The notes under the pieces were generated by a model. That model saw only the letters and a list, made by a program, of their open reading frames with translations, was not told the origin of the DNA and searched no databases. Both the position numbers and the translations under genes were made by a program. Shown here in pieces: positions 50,191-61,962 of a stretch of DNA of 64,000 nt; within the stretch, counting starts at the first letter, position 1, and each line of letters begins with the position of its first letter. The stretch covers positions 17,546,001-17,610,000 of the forward strand of contig OZ360234.1 of the NCBI GenBank assembly GCA_977017645.1. Direction: 5' to 3'. The DNA is from Torpedo marmorata. Lineage: Eukaryota.

Positions 50191-52015
50191 ACAAAAAGTT
50201 AAAAAAATTTAGTGAGAGAATTTCTTGGTACTACTCAATAAGATTAAACCACTATTATCGGGTTGGTCACCCTTATCTATTACAATGATGGGTCGTATCA
50301 ATTCGATTAAAATTAATATTTTGCTTAAATTTCTGTATCTTTTCCAAGCTTTACCAATTTTTATTCCTAAAGCCTTTTTTAGTTCATTAGATTCGGTCAT
50401 TTCTTCTTACATATGGCAGGGAAAACAACCACGTATAAACAAAGTCCATCTTCAAAAGATTAAAAGGAATGGAGGGTTATCACTTCCAGATTTTAGATTT
50501 TATTATTGGGCGATTAATATTCGTAATTTGCTTTTATTATTACATTTTGATAAGTTAGTGAATCGCCCCTCTTGGGTGGAAATGGAACTGAAGTTTAAAA
50601 AAAAAAAAAAAAAAAAAATCTATGCTGGCAATTTTGGGATTTTTTTTACCATTTTCCTTTTCCAAAATGACTCATAATCTGTTATTGAGAAATAGGTTGA
50701 GAATATGGGCTCAATTTAGAAAATGTTTTGGTCTCAATAGTTTTTCTCTGGCTAGTCCCATTATAGATAATCACCTTTTTCAGCTGTCTGTGCTGGACAT
50801 AGGATTTAAAGAATGGTACAGATTGGGTATTCATAACTATAACAATCTTTTTATTCGAGATAACTGTGCCTCTTTTGAACAACTAGTAGCCAAATTTAAT
50901 CTTTCTAAGACATTTTTTTAGATATTTACAAATTAGACATTTTGTTCAATCCAAGCTTTCTGATTTTCCTCGTATCTCAAATACTAATATCCTCTTCACT
51001 TTTTAACTTACGGTTTTTTTTTTTCATCGTGGATTAACATCATGCATATATAATGATTTATTGGATATAAGATCAGCCTCTATGGCTGGGATTAAGAACA
51101 ATTGGGAACGCGATTTGAAAATAACATTTTCAGATGAAGATTGGTATTTTACTCTTAGCCTCTTCATTTTGTGCAAGGCATTGTTTATTACAATTTAAGG
51201 TGGTACATAGAATCCATATGTCCAAACTTAAATGATCTACCGGTAATTTTTATGCAGATATTGATCCACTATGTGAGAAGTGTAAAATTTAGGGAGATTT
51301 TGGAAAGATATTTTCCAAACTTTATCAATGATTTTCAAGATTAAAATAGAACCATGTCCGATAATTGCTTTGTTTGGTTTTTCACGTGAACCAGATATAC
51401 CTCTGTCTGCATCTCAGGAGAAAGTCTTAGCTTTTTCCACGTTGATAGCCAGACGAGCAATTTTATTGAAATGGAAAGATGATTCTTCACCTACCCATAT
51501 ACAGTGGTTACAGGATGTAATGTCTTATTTGAGCTTGGAGAAAATTAGATACAATATCAAAGATAGAAAGTTTCAAATTCTAAAGATGAGGGGCCCATTC
51601 ATAGAATACTATCAGCATTGGAAGAATTAAGAATTTTGAATGTTCCGAGGATTCTCTGTCCGATGTCTGGAGGTCACTATCTGATCCATTTTTTTCTTTT
51701 TTTTTCTTACAAAGGTAACCTTGATTGGAGGGAGGGGATAGTTTAGATTTAGTTTTTAGGATTTTTTTTGTTTGTTTTTTTTTCTTTTCTTTTTTATATT
51801 ATTCTTTTTAGTTTGAATAATTTGTAATATGGGTTTCAACATGATTTTTATAGTAAATTCATAACTTGTCTCTCATGTGGATTCAGCAACTGGTCAACGT
51901 AGTTCCATCTGTTTATTTCTTTTGTATTTGTATGTATATGAGATGACATATGTGTTCTCCAAATTTTTTGTAAACATGTTTATATGTTAAACTCAATGAA
52001 AATATTTTAAAAAGA
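50191..52015 (+). mobile_element. 5'-truncated L1
   Basis: WSPLSITMMGRINSIKINIL.KFLYLFQ, GGLSLPDFRFYYWA, LSLEKIRY; 12-bp TSD aaagagcaactt (50179-50190 and 52016-52027) at a tt/aaa site. Confidence 0.92.
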
Positions 52016-52823
52016 AAAGAGCAACTTTGTATCACAAAGACAGTCACATCTTACAGCAGAATATAGCTGTGATATTCTTCAGTCTTACAGGCAGATTCAG
52101 CAACCACTGTCCATATTCGAATATCTGTGCTAATTTAAACCGAATAAAACAGCAGCCTTTTTGTAAAAAAGCAATACTTCAAGGGACTGAGAAGATAACA
52201 AATGATGAAAGGTAAACATTGCAAAAACAGATCCATTGCATATGTGCAGGACATAACAATAATGTGCATATGTATTTAATTTGTTATTCTGGGCATGGAC
52301 TTTTCCCAAAAACAGTAGGGGAGTTCCAAGATTGTTTGGAGTGGTGGTCTCACCTGTGTTGGTAAAATGAGGGCTTCATCATAGGAAAACAACAATCCCA
52401 GTTTCAAGTATTCCCCAAGTCATTTAACATTTTCACCACAAGTGTAGCATCTCTGAACCAAACATTCAGTGATTCCCCACTTCTAATGGTCTGTATGCCA
52501 ACTTATTTGGTCTGGCCCATTGTAGGTATGTAGAAACTAAAATGTATTTTCTGCTTCCACTTTAACACAGCAAAATGTATGTTATCCATTTCTATAATGT
52601 GCACATTCTCAGAAATGTCGACCTTTATAAAAATTGAAGAACATACTTGAACCTTTGACAAGGCTAATCACAAGTATACTCGATAAGTGTACTACTGTAC
52701 TAAGAACTGGTTAATTAGTGGTAACCAAAATGAATAGCAGCCACAACTACTCCCACAGAAAAAAAACTGTGCATTATCGAAGATTACTTGGAAGGAAGTT
52801 TCCTCTCATAGGTGTTTCTGTAT

Positions 52824-52984
52824 TCATGCAGAGTCTGCTTCCTTCCATTTTTTAACACTTATTAAAGTGTTGGATTCTAGCATTTTTTCCATTTTCTCTT
52901 GGCTTCCTGAGTCCACAGGTGTACAATAGGGACTCTGACCCTTGGAGCTGTTCCACATTCCATAACCAAAGTAGATCAAAAAGC
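52824..52984 (-). CDS. SLC7A3: cationic amino acid transporter (CAT-3-like), last coding exon
   Basis: tttctctag acceptor; GFLIYFGYGMWNS...EADSA-stop. The paralog assignment (SLC7A3 versus SLC7A1/2) is tentative. Confidence 0.85.
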
Positions 52985-53129
52985 CTAGAGAAAGTAAAGA
53001 TTTTAGCATCATACATTTCAGAAAGATTCTCAAAATATTTTATTCTTATCAGGAAATAAGAAATATTTTACAAAACAGGAAAAGCAACCTGAAGCACTGT
53101 TGTTGAATTTGCAAATAGATATCTCAATA

Positions 53130-54840
53130 AGTTATTAAAAAGTTCTGATAAGAGTAAATTAATGAGGGCAGGGCAGTAGACATCATCTACATGGACTTTA
53201 GCAATGCCTTTGACAGGGTCTCGCATGATAATCTAGTCTGGATCGCTTGGGATCCAGGGCGAGTCAGTCAATTATATACAGAATTGACAGAGGATGGTGA
53301 ATGGTAGGGCCCTGGACAGTGCTGTAGAATAGGGAGGCTTGTGGGTACAGGGGCATAGTTCCATGAAATAGGTGGCCAGGGTGGTGTAAGTGCTTAGCAT
53401 GCTTGCCTTCATCAGTTAGGGCATTGGAGTACAGGAACAGGGAGGTCATGTAACAACTGTACAAGATGGTTAGTCAACACTTGGGAGTTTTGAGCACAGT
53501 TCTGGTCACCCAACTTTAGGAAAGTTACCATTAAGTTGGAAAAGGTGCAGTGAAGAGTTATGAGAACGTTACATGGACTGATAGGCTGGAATTATGTCTG
53601 GAATATTTCTCCCTGGAGTGTAGGAGGCCAAGGGGGCGGGGAAGATTTAGAATTATTTTAAAGTCATGAGGGACATAGAAAACGGTAAATAGTCGTTTTT
53701 TCCCAGTGGAAGGGAATCTATAACTAGAGGGCATTGGTTTAAGACGAGGGGAAATATTTTAAAAAGACCCAAAGGGCATCTTTTTCTACATAGAGGGTTG
53801 TGGGAATATGAAACGAGCTGCCAGAGGAAGTGGTAGAGGTGGGTACAATTGTAATATTGATAAGACAGGTACATGGCGGCGCTGCCGGAGCCGCTGTAGC
53901 GTCAGCGCTTCCGCTGGTGCGGACCCGCGGGGAGCGGAGATGCAGCGCTCCCGTGGGGTCCAGCCACCCAGTCGACTGCCGTTGGCTCCGCACGGGTTTT
54001 GAACGGCCCATTGAGGGAGTCGACGGTGGTTTTTATTTGAGATCCCGCGACCGCGGGGTCTGCACCCAAGATGGCGGCGCCTATTAATCGGCAGCAGCCA
54101 CGAGGGGCTGCAGACTCCGGGGAAGCGGAGGACTTGAGCAGGGCACCCGAGGACGAGAAGATCACGCCCCCCCCTGTCTGAGAAGGGGAAGCGGAGGAGA
54201 CAACCCACGCGATGGTGACCACGGTGGCGGACCAGTGAGGGGCTCTGAGGCTGAAGGACCAGTGCATGCGGTGGGCTGCTGGCAACTTGAGGCGAGGAAC
54301 CCGCGGAACATGTGGGCTGCTGGAGACTGCTGTCGGGAGACTCGCGCCGGGCTGCGGACTGCTGGAGACTGACTCGAACTGGCTGGAGGGGTACCACGTA
54401 TCGGAACCGGGATGCGAGGGGGTACCGAGGGCGCCGAATGGTTCCTGACCATGTCAGAGGTTCGGATCTGGAGCTCGGGTTGCCAATGGTTTGGACTGGA
54501 CTCTGTGTGGCTGCGGAGGCTGCGGAAGCACTGGAGGCGAATCTACGGACACTCGGTGACTCTGCGGGGACTCTCTTTTGCTTCTCTTTCTCTGACTAAG
54601 TCTGACTAAGAAATGTAAGAGGCGCTTAGGCAATTTCTGCCAGTGGCGAATCTGTCTGCCTTGCAGCAGGCAAAAAGAAATTTCATGTAATATGACACTG
54701 TTTTATTACTATGATAATAAATTGAATCTTGAATAGGAAAGGTTTAGAGGGATATTGGCCGAATGCAGACAAATGGGATTAGCCTGGTAGGTATGGACAG
54801 GGTTGGCCGAAGAGCCTGTTTCTGTGCTGTAGAAATCTAT
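53130..54840 (+). mobile_element. decayed CR1 3' half split by GC-rich element copy 4
   Basis: VDIIYMDFSNAFD.VSH, TRGH.FK, CR1 tail ggccgaagagcctgtttctgtgctgta. Confidence 0.8.
53873..54733 (+). mobile_element. GC-rich non-autonomous retroelement, copy 4
   Basis: Starts atggcggcgctgccggagccgc and ends aataaattgaatcttgaa; CR1 sequence resumes on both sides. Confidence 0.88.
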
Positions 54841-55627
54841 GAATGCAGAGAATATTTTCACTGTGAGAGGCCATCATTATAAAACTGTCATCAAACAAAA
54901 GGGAATTCAAAAGAAATTTCTTTACCCAAACAGTGCTGAGAGTATGGAAGGTGAGGTGAGCATGGACAAGGGAGAAAGGAATACAGGACTGCAATTATAG
55001 AATTGGATGCAGAGCCTTTTTGTGCTGTGAATATCCCTTGTTATCTTGTATGGTAAAAAGTCAGATGATTGATCTGACTGTGTGCACACTTTACACAATA
55101 AAGGGCAAAAATCTTTTTTTGGGGGCCTGGGCTTATTATGAGCTAATGTCCTCAAACCCTATTTTACATTCCTTTGCCTGTAATCTCATTCTCTAACTAC
55201 CCCCCATCTCCTGTTTATTTCCCAATTTTCTCTCTCTTACAGCCCTCATTAACTGGATGATGTTTGCCATGTATCCGAAGGCAATCCTGGCCTCACCCTT
55301 ACAGAGATATGATCTTTGATAAACCCATCTCCCCACCCACCTCCGAATCACTTATTCTGCAACTTAAACCTCACGTTTTCTCTCCTACCTAGTTCTGACA
55401 AAGGGTCTTGACCTAAAATGCTAACTCAGTTTCTCTTCCCACAAATGCTGCCCGAGTGTTTCTAGCATTTTCTCTTATTTCGCACTTACAGCATCTGCAG
55501 TTTTAAATTTAATTTCAAAAGAGAAAGCGGGTCATGATGAATTTCACAGGATCACTTTCTGTACTATTTTAATGGTTTACTTATCATACAGTGAGTATGT
55601 GGTAAGTAGAAGTTTGTTTATACTTGC

Positions 55628-55736
55628 CTATAAGCATCCAAATTCCAAACATTGTCCAAGTGTCCAAATCCATCATCACCATCAAGTAAACATTTACAAA
55701 GATACTGACGATAGGTAGGAAGGGAAGGAATGGTAC
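55628..55736 (-). CDS. SLC7A3: CAT-3-like exon with GC splice donor
   Basis: [37 protein letters not shown]; acceptor ctttcag, donor gcaagt; phase matches the last exon. Confidence 0.9.
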
Positions 55737-56074
55737 CTGAAAGGGCAAAGGGAAAATATTGATTTTTTTCTCTCAACTATTAAAATAGCATTTCTCACAG
55801 AATCAAAATGCTGTGCATGCTTGAACTATTTGGGTCACATAGCTTCTGCGTTCATTCAAATTCTGGCTTTGTCTCCACACATACTGTCTGACCTGCTGAA
55901 TATTTCTATTATTTTCTATATTATTATTTTTTATTGTCTACCATTCAAGGGGGAACTAATTTTGCTTCTTTATTGATTTGATGGTCAATTTAAATTAGAA
56001 CATTGAAAATATGGTGCAAAAACTAAGGCAAACTTTCTACTGTTCCTAGTGATTAGGGAGATTGAAAGATTTAC

Positions 56075-56241
56075 CTTAAAAGTAAGTGTCACTTCACTCT
56101 GTGGCTGTTTCCATATCACGAATGTAATAACTGCAACCACCAGGCAGAGTGTCCCAAGCACCATTACCCAGATGGCTCGTCCATCCAATATTTCTGTTTG
56201 ATATTTGGCAACAATAATGGCAATACAAGTCAAGACAATTG
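56075..56241 (-). CDS. SLC7A3: CAT-3-like exon
   Basis: IVLTCIAII...FVIWKQPQSEVTLTFK; ag/gt boundaries in phase. Confidence 0.9.
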
Positions 56242-56727
56242 CTGAAATGGAATAATGAAACAGGAATCTTAAAGATGCGAGACAACATGAATCAATGGAA
56301 AAAAATAACAATTGGATGCGTTGAATTAGGCAGGGCTGAGTAAATGAAAATCTCTTTTTGTGGCACACACAAAACATAGAGAAGAGTTCTATTTACTCCC
56401 AAACAATATTTTACCTGAACCACATTGGATTATTCTTTCTTCCACAGTAGGAATAATTTGGGAATAAAAATTCAAGATGTTGAACAATTAAATGCCCTGG
56501 CTGCTCTCCAAACCCCATGTGAATTTATATACCCACATTCCTTTTTTATTGGATCCTAAATCCACTATGCTTACAAATAAACCATAAATATCAATTTTTA
56601 TTATCTGCATAGGCACAAGGAGAGTACATTCTTTACAAGCAGAATCAGTGATATCACTGCCAATCAAAAGATCATTTTCACAGAATGTTCCACATAAAAG
56701 TCAGTGTTTCAGTCTCAAGATACTTAC

Positions 56728-56936
56728 AAAGAATTCCAACACAGATGTAAATTATTAATCCAGAACTTTTCGTGGGTTTTTTTCCTTTTGGGTAGAATAG
56801 TAACTTTAACGACACCAAAGCTTTATCTTCAGCCTTATAACCTTCACTGTTGATTTGAGTTTCCAGGTTGGTTTTGCTTTCTCCAAATGGAGTCATTTCA
56901 TACAAATCACATTTCATAAGCTGAGGAGGCTGATAT
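56728..56936 (-). CDS. SLC7A3: CAT-3-like exon
   Basis: RYQPPQL...PTKSSGLIIYICVGIL; acceptor cccag, donor gtaagt. Confidence 0.9.
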
Positions 56937-57300
56937 CTGGGAATAGAATAAAGCCAAAATTAAACCTTTGTGCCGCCACCTAGAAGTTCCTAAGTTACAC
57001 ACTATTCTGATCTGTACATATATTGCTGTTGTTACATCTTTGCTGGGTGTAAATAATGGGGCTTCTAATCCAACTGCCAGCAGAGTAGCGTTGCCACATG
57101 TACTGCAGTAATTCAAGATGGCATTGGCATCTTCACCAGGGCAATCAATGAAGGCAATCAATGCTGATCTTCATCCCGTCAATGAATAATAACACAATGT
57201 TAATTGTGTCTAAAGGATTCTTTTCGTATATCAGCCACATGTTGCTGTAACATGGCAATAAGTTGTTAGCTTTTGTCTGAAGAAGAACCACTTCACTCAC

Positions 57301-57403
57301 CTGAGGATAAGAACACAAACTGCCACCAAGGAATAAGCAAGTAATGTACCAATAGACATGAGGTCAACTAGAACATCCAGGTCGAAGAGCAAAGCCATGA
57401 TAG
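57301..57403 (-). CDS. SLC7A3: CAT-3-like exon
   Basis: [35 protein letters not shown]; acceptor catcag, donor gtgagt. Confidence 0.93.
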
Positions 57404-57708
57404 CTGATGAACAAAACAAAAACAAATGTGACTACACACACACACTATCAACATCTACACATTCGTGGACACACTGCGATCGATTCATTTATTTGGTCAT
57501 TCCAACCTCTGAAACAAAATTATATTTATTAAATGTTTTGATATGCTAAAATAGCATCATGATGTATCTTTCCTAAAGGAGATTGAGTTATTACAAGTAT
57601 TCTGCAACTTTAAAAAAAAAAGTATTATCTAATTGTTCATTCAAGAAAAGTTACAGGAATTTCATATGAATCAGACCACTCAGTGGAACACCACAAACAT
57701 GACACAGT

Positions 57709-57940
57709 AAAGGTTCCATTATTGTCACGTAATACTACATTTAGAATGTAACATACATGAAATTCTTTAATTTTTGTCTACCATAAGGCAGACAAGAGAG
57801 TCGTTACTTTGTCCAGCGCCCCTCACAGAAACCTACAGCACCTGGTGTTCCTAGGCGGTCTCCCCTCCAAGTACTGACCAGTCCTGTGCCTGCTTAGCTT
57901 CCGAGATCAGACAATCCCAGTCGTATTCAGGCTATTGGTG
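57709..57940 (-). mobile_element. 5S rRNA-headed SINE (SINE3-type)
   Basis: 57831-57935 is a degenerate reverse complement of 5S rRNA (cctacagcacc.ggt.ttcc.aggcggtctccc.tccaagtact.accag..ctgcttagcttccgagatcagac). It is fused to a 120-bp tail shared with the GC-rich element. Confidence 0.85.
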
Positions 57941-57942
57941 CT

Positions 57943-58600
57943 GTTTCCGATTAACCGAAATTCCGAATATCCGAAAGTTTTTTCGGGTGAGACATGACAT
58001 CACAATTTGAAAAAAAATTTACCCACCGTGCTCAGGTGGGGCTACAGGGAATCAGTTTTACAAAGGAGACATTTGTCCACAGGTTACACATTGACAAAAA
58101 GGATAGCACTGATTATTTATTTATAAATTGTAATTTTTTTGCCGAGTTACTGCAACTTTGTGATAAATTGCATTGTGGCGCTGCTGCTCTCTCCCTGCTC
58201 GCCCGCCCGAGCCGCGCTCTCCCCGCTCACCTGCCCGAGCCGCGCTCTCTCCCCGCTCGCCTGAGCCGCTCCCTCTGTCAAATATCCTTTCAGCTGGGTC
58301 GCTGAAATTCTGCTGGAGGACAATCCCTGTGCAATCTCCTACCACTTACAGGTGAAGTGAGACCTCTGGCTCCCGGTAAGGAGCGGGGACCTCGGGCTCC
58401 CGGGCAGGATTGGCGACGGTGGTGGGGAGGTGTCGGGGATCGGCAACTGCGTGGGGAGGTGTCGGGGATCGGCGACAACTGATACAAGTATTCTCCTGAT
58501 GCTACTGGGCTGCTGTGGAGAAAATTCTCGAATATCCTAAAAATCCGCTTAACAGATATAGGTCCGGTCCCAAGCATTTCGGATAATCGGAAACGTACTG
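57943..58600. mobile_element. non-autonomous Tc1/mariner (Tigger-like) DNA transposon
   Basis: TIRs gtttccgattaaccgaaa / tttcggataatcggaaacgtactg followed by TA. The left terminus (cagta at about 57705) appears to be separated by the 5S SINE. Confidence 0.72.
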
Positions 58601-58742
58601 TACAAGCTTTCTTCATTCAACTACCATACATTTGTATTTTTATTCACTGAACAGGGAATGAATTAAAATTGACCAACTACCAGTAGAGTGGTGTTTCACT
58701 GTAAAATGATTCCTTAGGATGCCTATTTTAAACTCTACTCAC

Positions 58743-58882
58743 CAGCCACAGCACCAGAAACAATGGTTGCATGCACTGGCGTCTTGGTTTTTTTGTGTGT
58801 GTTCCCCAGGAAGCGGAAGAGCAATCCATCCTCAGCCATTGCGTATATGACACGTGGCATAGGAAACATAGAGCCCAGTAAA
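58743..58882 (-). CDS. SLC7A3: CAT-3-like exon
   Basis: [47 protein letters not shown]; acceptor aatctag, donor gtgagt. Confidence 0.95.
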
Positions 58883-59049
58883 CTAGATTAGAGAAAGGGA
58901 CAATGGTAGAGATCAGGACCACTCAGCGTTGAGCCTACTTCATTTCTTTATTTGTGTGCTCTTGTTACACAAAAAGTTCTGTATTACTGTGTTTCATTTG
59001 GTTGCAGATACACAAGATTCTGGAACTGGAGCTACTGGCATTATTTGGA

Positions 59050-59890
59050 GATTCAAGATTCAATTTATTGTCATAGTAATAAGACAGTGTCATATTCCAT
59101 GAAATTTCTTTTTGCCTGCTGCAAGGCAGGCAGATTCTCCACCGGCAGAAATTGCCTAAGCGCCTCTAACATTCCTTACAGTCAGAGAAAGAGAAGCAAA
59201 AGAGAGTCCCCCCCAGAGTCACCAAGTGTCCATAGATTCGCCTCCAGCGCTTCCGCAGCCACACAGAGTCCAGTCCAAACCATCGGCATCCCGAGCTCCA
59301 GATCTGAACCTCCAACACGGTCAGGTCGTCCTCGGCACCCCCTCGCATCCCAGTTCCGATACCTGGTACTCCTCCAGCCAGTTCGAGCCAGCCTCCAGCA
59401 GTCTGCAGCCCGACGTGACTCCCCCGACAGAAGTCTCCAGCAGCCCACAGTCTCCGCGGGTTCCTCGCCTCGAGTCGCCAGCAGCCCGTCGCATGCACTG
59501 GTCCTTCAGCCTCAGATCCCCTCACCGGTCAGCTGCCGTGGTCACCGTCCCGTGGGTCGTCTCCTCCGCTTCTCCTTCTCAGACGTGGGTGATCTTCCCA
59601 TCCTCTGGTGCCCTGCTCCAGTCCTCCGCTTCCCCAGAATCTGCAGCCCCTCGTGGCTGCTGCCGGTTAAAAGGCGCTGCCATCTTGGGCGCAGACCCCG
59701 CGGTCACGGGATCTTAAATAAAACCACCGTCGGCTCCTTTAACGGGCCGTTCAAAGCCTGTGCGGAACCGACGGCAGTCGACTGGGTGGCTGGACCCCGC
59801 GGGAGCGCTGTATCTCCGCTCCCACGCTCCCCGCGGGTCCGCACCAGCGGCAGCGCTGCCGCTACAGCGGCTCCGGCAGCGCCGCCATTC
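59050..59890 (-). mobile_element. GC-rich non-autonomous retroelement, copy 5
   Basis: Reverse complement starts aatggcggcgctgccggagccgc and ends aataaattgaatcttgaatc; ttggag on both flanks. Confidence 0.88.
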
Positions 59891-59895
59891 ATTGG

Positions 59896-60128
59896 AGGGG
59901 CGGCACGGTTAGCGCAACGTTGTTACAGCACCAGTGACTGGGATTCTAATCCCGCGCTGTCTGTAAGGAGTTTGTACATTCTCCCCGTGTCAGCGTGGGT
60001 TCCTCTGGGAGTTCCGGTTTCCTCCCACCCTTCAAAACCTATCAGGTTGTAGGTCAATTTGGTGTAGTTGGACGACGTGGGCTCATGGGCCAGAAGGGCC
60101 TGTTACCATGCTGTATGTCTAAATTTAA
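59896..60128 (+). mobile_element. tRNA-derived V-domain SINE
   Basis: Colinear with 25925-26170. Confidence 0.85.
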
Positions 60129-60782
60129 AATTTAATTGAAATTATTGATAATATTTTTGTAATTTTTTTTCCTTCACCTGAAAATGCAAATCTTGCTCCA
60201 GCAAAAAGAGTTGCTAGCCAACTTCTGATAACAAGAGTGGAGGTCATTATTCCCAAACAAGGCAAGACAATGACTGCTGACAAGCTATGCAACTGGATGT
60301 ATCTGTCCACCTCATTTCTATTTCAACAATGGTGATATGAGCACATTTCTAACAATGAGCAGTCACGAGAGGGGAAACAATAGGCAGCACCATGGTTAGG
60401 ACTGAGGAGCAGTCACTCCCACAGATTCCTCCATAAAGGCATTATTGTGCCAAATGTCACACCCTGGAAGCACTAATTGGCATATCCCAGGGTCTGGCCA
60501 CTTAAATCAGAACTGAAATTGTTGGAAATACTCATCAGGTCAGGCAGTATTCGTGGGAAGACAAAGTTAACGATTCAGCTTCATGACCATTTCTTCTTGC
60601 ATTTTCTGTTTTCTAGCTTCTAGGGTTTTTTTTAAAAAAAAGCTTTTTGAGCACTAATTTGTAAGGCTCAGCTCCCAGCTGATTAAACCCACTGAACTAT
60701 TCAGGAGACTTTATTTGAAGCTGACTGGAAAATCTTTTAAATGGTTCACTGAGTAGTTTCCCTGAATAAAAGTTCTGTATAC

Positions 60783-61005
60783 CTGGTGGAGAGCGCACAG
60801 AGGGAGCCAACAGCCACAATGTACCGTGCAGGTTTCCAGCCAACATACAGGAAGGCCTCAGGCAATGGGCTTTTCTTGTTCAGGATGTAGTAAGGCATCA
60901 TGAGTGTGAGAGCAGCAGACACTCCAAAGTATGCCACAAAGCAGATCAACAGGGAAACCACTATCCCAATAGGAATCGACTTCTGAGGATTTTTTGCTTC
61001 TTCAC
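60783..61005 (-). CDS. SLC7A3: CAT-3-like exon
   Basis: [69 protein letters not shown]; the EEA..PEAFLY.GW.PARY pattern resembles CAT-3. Confidence 0.95.
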
Positions 61006-61373
61006 CTGAAAACAGCAAAAAAACAAACAAACGTGATACAAAGCAGCAGTAATGGAATAGGAATGCTGAAATTCATAGGAATGCTGAAAACCTGACATGA
61101 AACCAAGAGGTGATGGAAATACATAGTTCGGCCAATTTAACGATTTGGGTTTTGACCTGAAATTCATAATAATTAGGCTTCTCTGCACACTTGGGCAGAC
61201 ATTATTTTCACAAGCTCCAACTTCTTCATCAAGGTGACACATGATGAGCTTTGGGCTTGATGTGCAAGTGCATGGGCATTAGCTGCATGAAGCTGTGTAA
61301 TAGGCATTAAAACTTTTCATCATTATCACTTTCAGAAAATTGCACCTTAGTTGCAGAAAACTTTGGTCCGTAC

Positions 61374-61498
61374 CTGTAGCTGCAATACAGTCAAATCCTA
61401 CAAAGGCATAGAAGCACGTTGCAGCTCCTGTGAGAACACCGAAAGATCCAAAAGGAGCAAATCCTCCAGAACCAAACTTCCCTGCTTCGGTTTCAGTA
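61374..61498 (-). CDS. SLC7A3: CAT-3-like exon (most 5' exon in the window)
   Basis: [37 protein letters not shown]; acceptor ttcttag, donor gtacgg. Upstream exons are not seen in the window. Confidence 0.93.
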
Positions 61499-61962
61499 CT
61501 AAGAAAGACACAAACAAAATATTTATATTATTAATGTATATAAAAATAACGCATAACTAAACAAATGCAAAATCCAGAAGCATTATGCAATCCCTTCATA
61601 TAAAAAGTATATTTGAACCCCCCCAGAAACAAGCTAGTTTGGATTCAGTGGGAAGGTGCAAAAAGGTTCAAACTCAATCCCATTTATGACTCTAATGAAG
61701 GTGGATCAAAGGATGGATGACCATTGAGCTCTTATCTAAGGGCTGATCATTGATATATTTGAAAGGATTTGCATACACTGTAGTAACATGATTTTTGAAA
61801 TTAATGGCAGCTGTGTTTCCCAATATCTGTATGATTACTGCCTTCACGGTACTGAATGATCAAGGAGAATCAAAAATATTTTCTCCAGGTGTAACTTGCT
61901 TCTCTGTCATGGACCGAAAATTTCTGCAACATCACTGCTTGATACAATTTCTCTTAGAGCCA

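Noticed and set aside
57831-57935. Functional 5S rRNA gene
   Set aside because: Many substitutions, eroded 5' end, fused to a retroposon tail and not in an array.
58952-60052. 366-aa ORF
   Set aside because: It reads across unique DNA, the antisense of the GC-rich element and a SINE; frames are not kept among the five copies.
57404-60782. Mutually exclusive CAT-2A/2B-type duplicate exon
   Set aside because: Only one SLLGS.FP exon is visible in the flanking introns.
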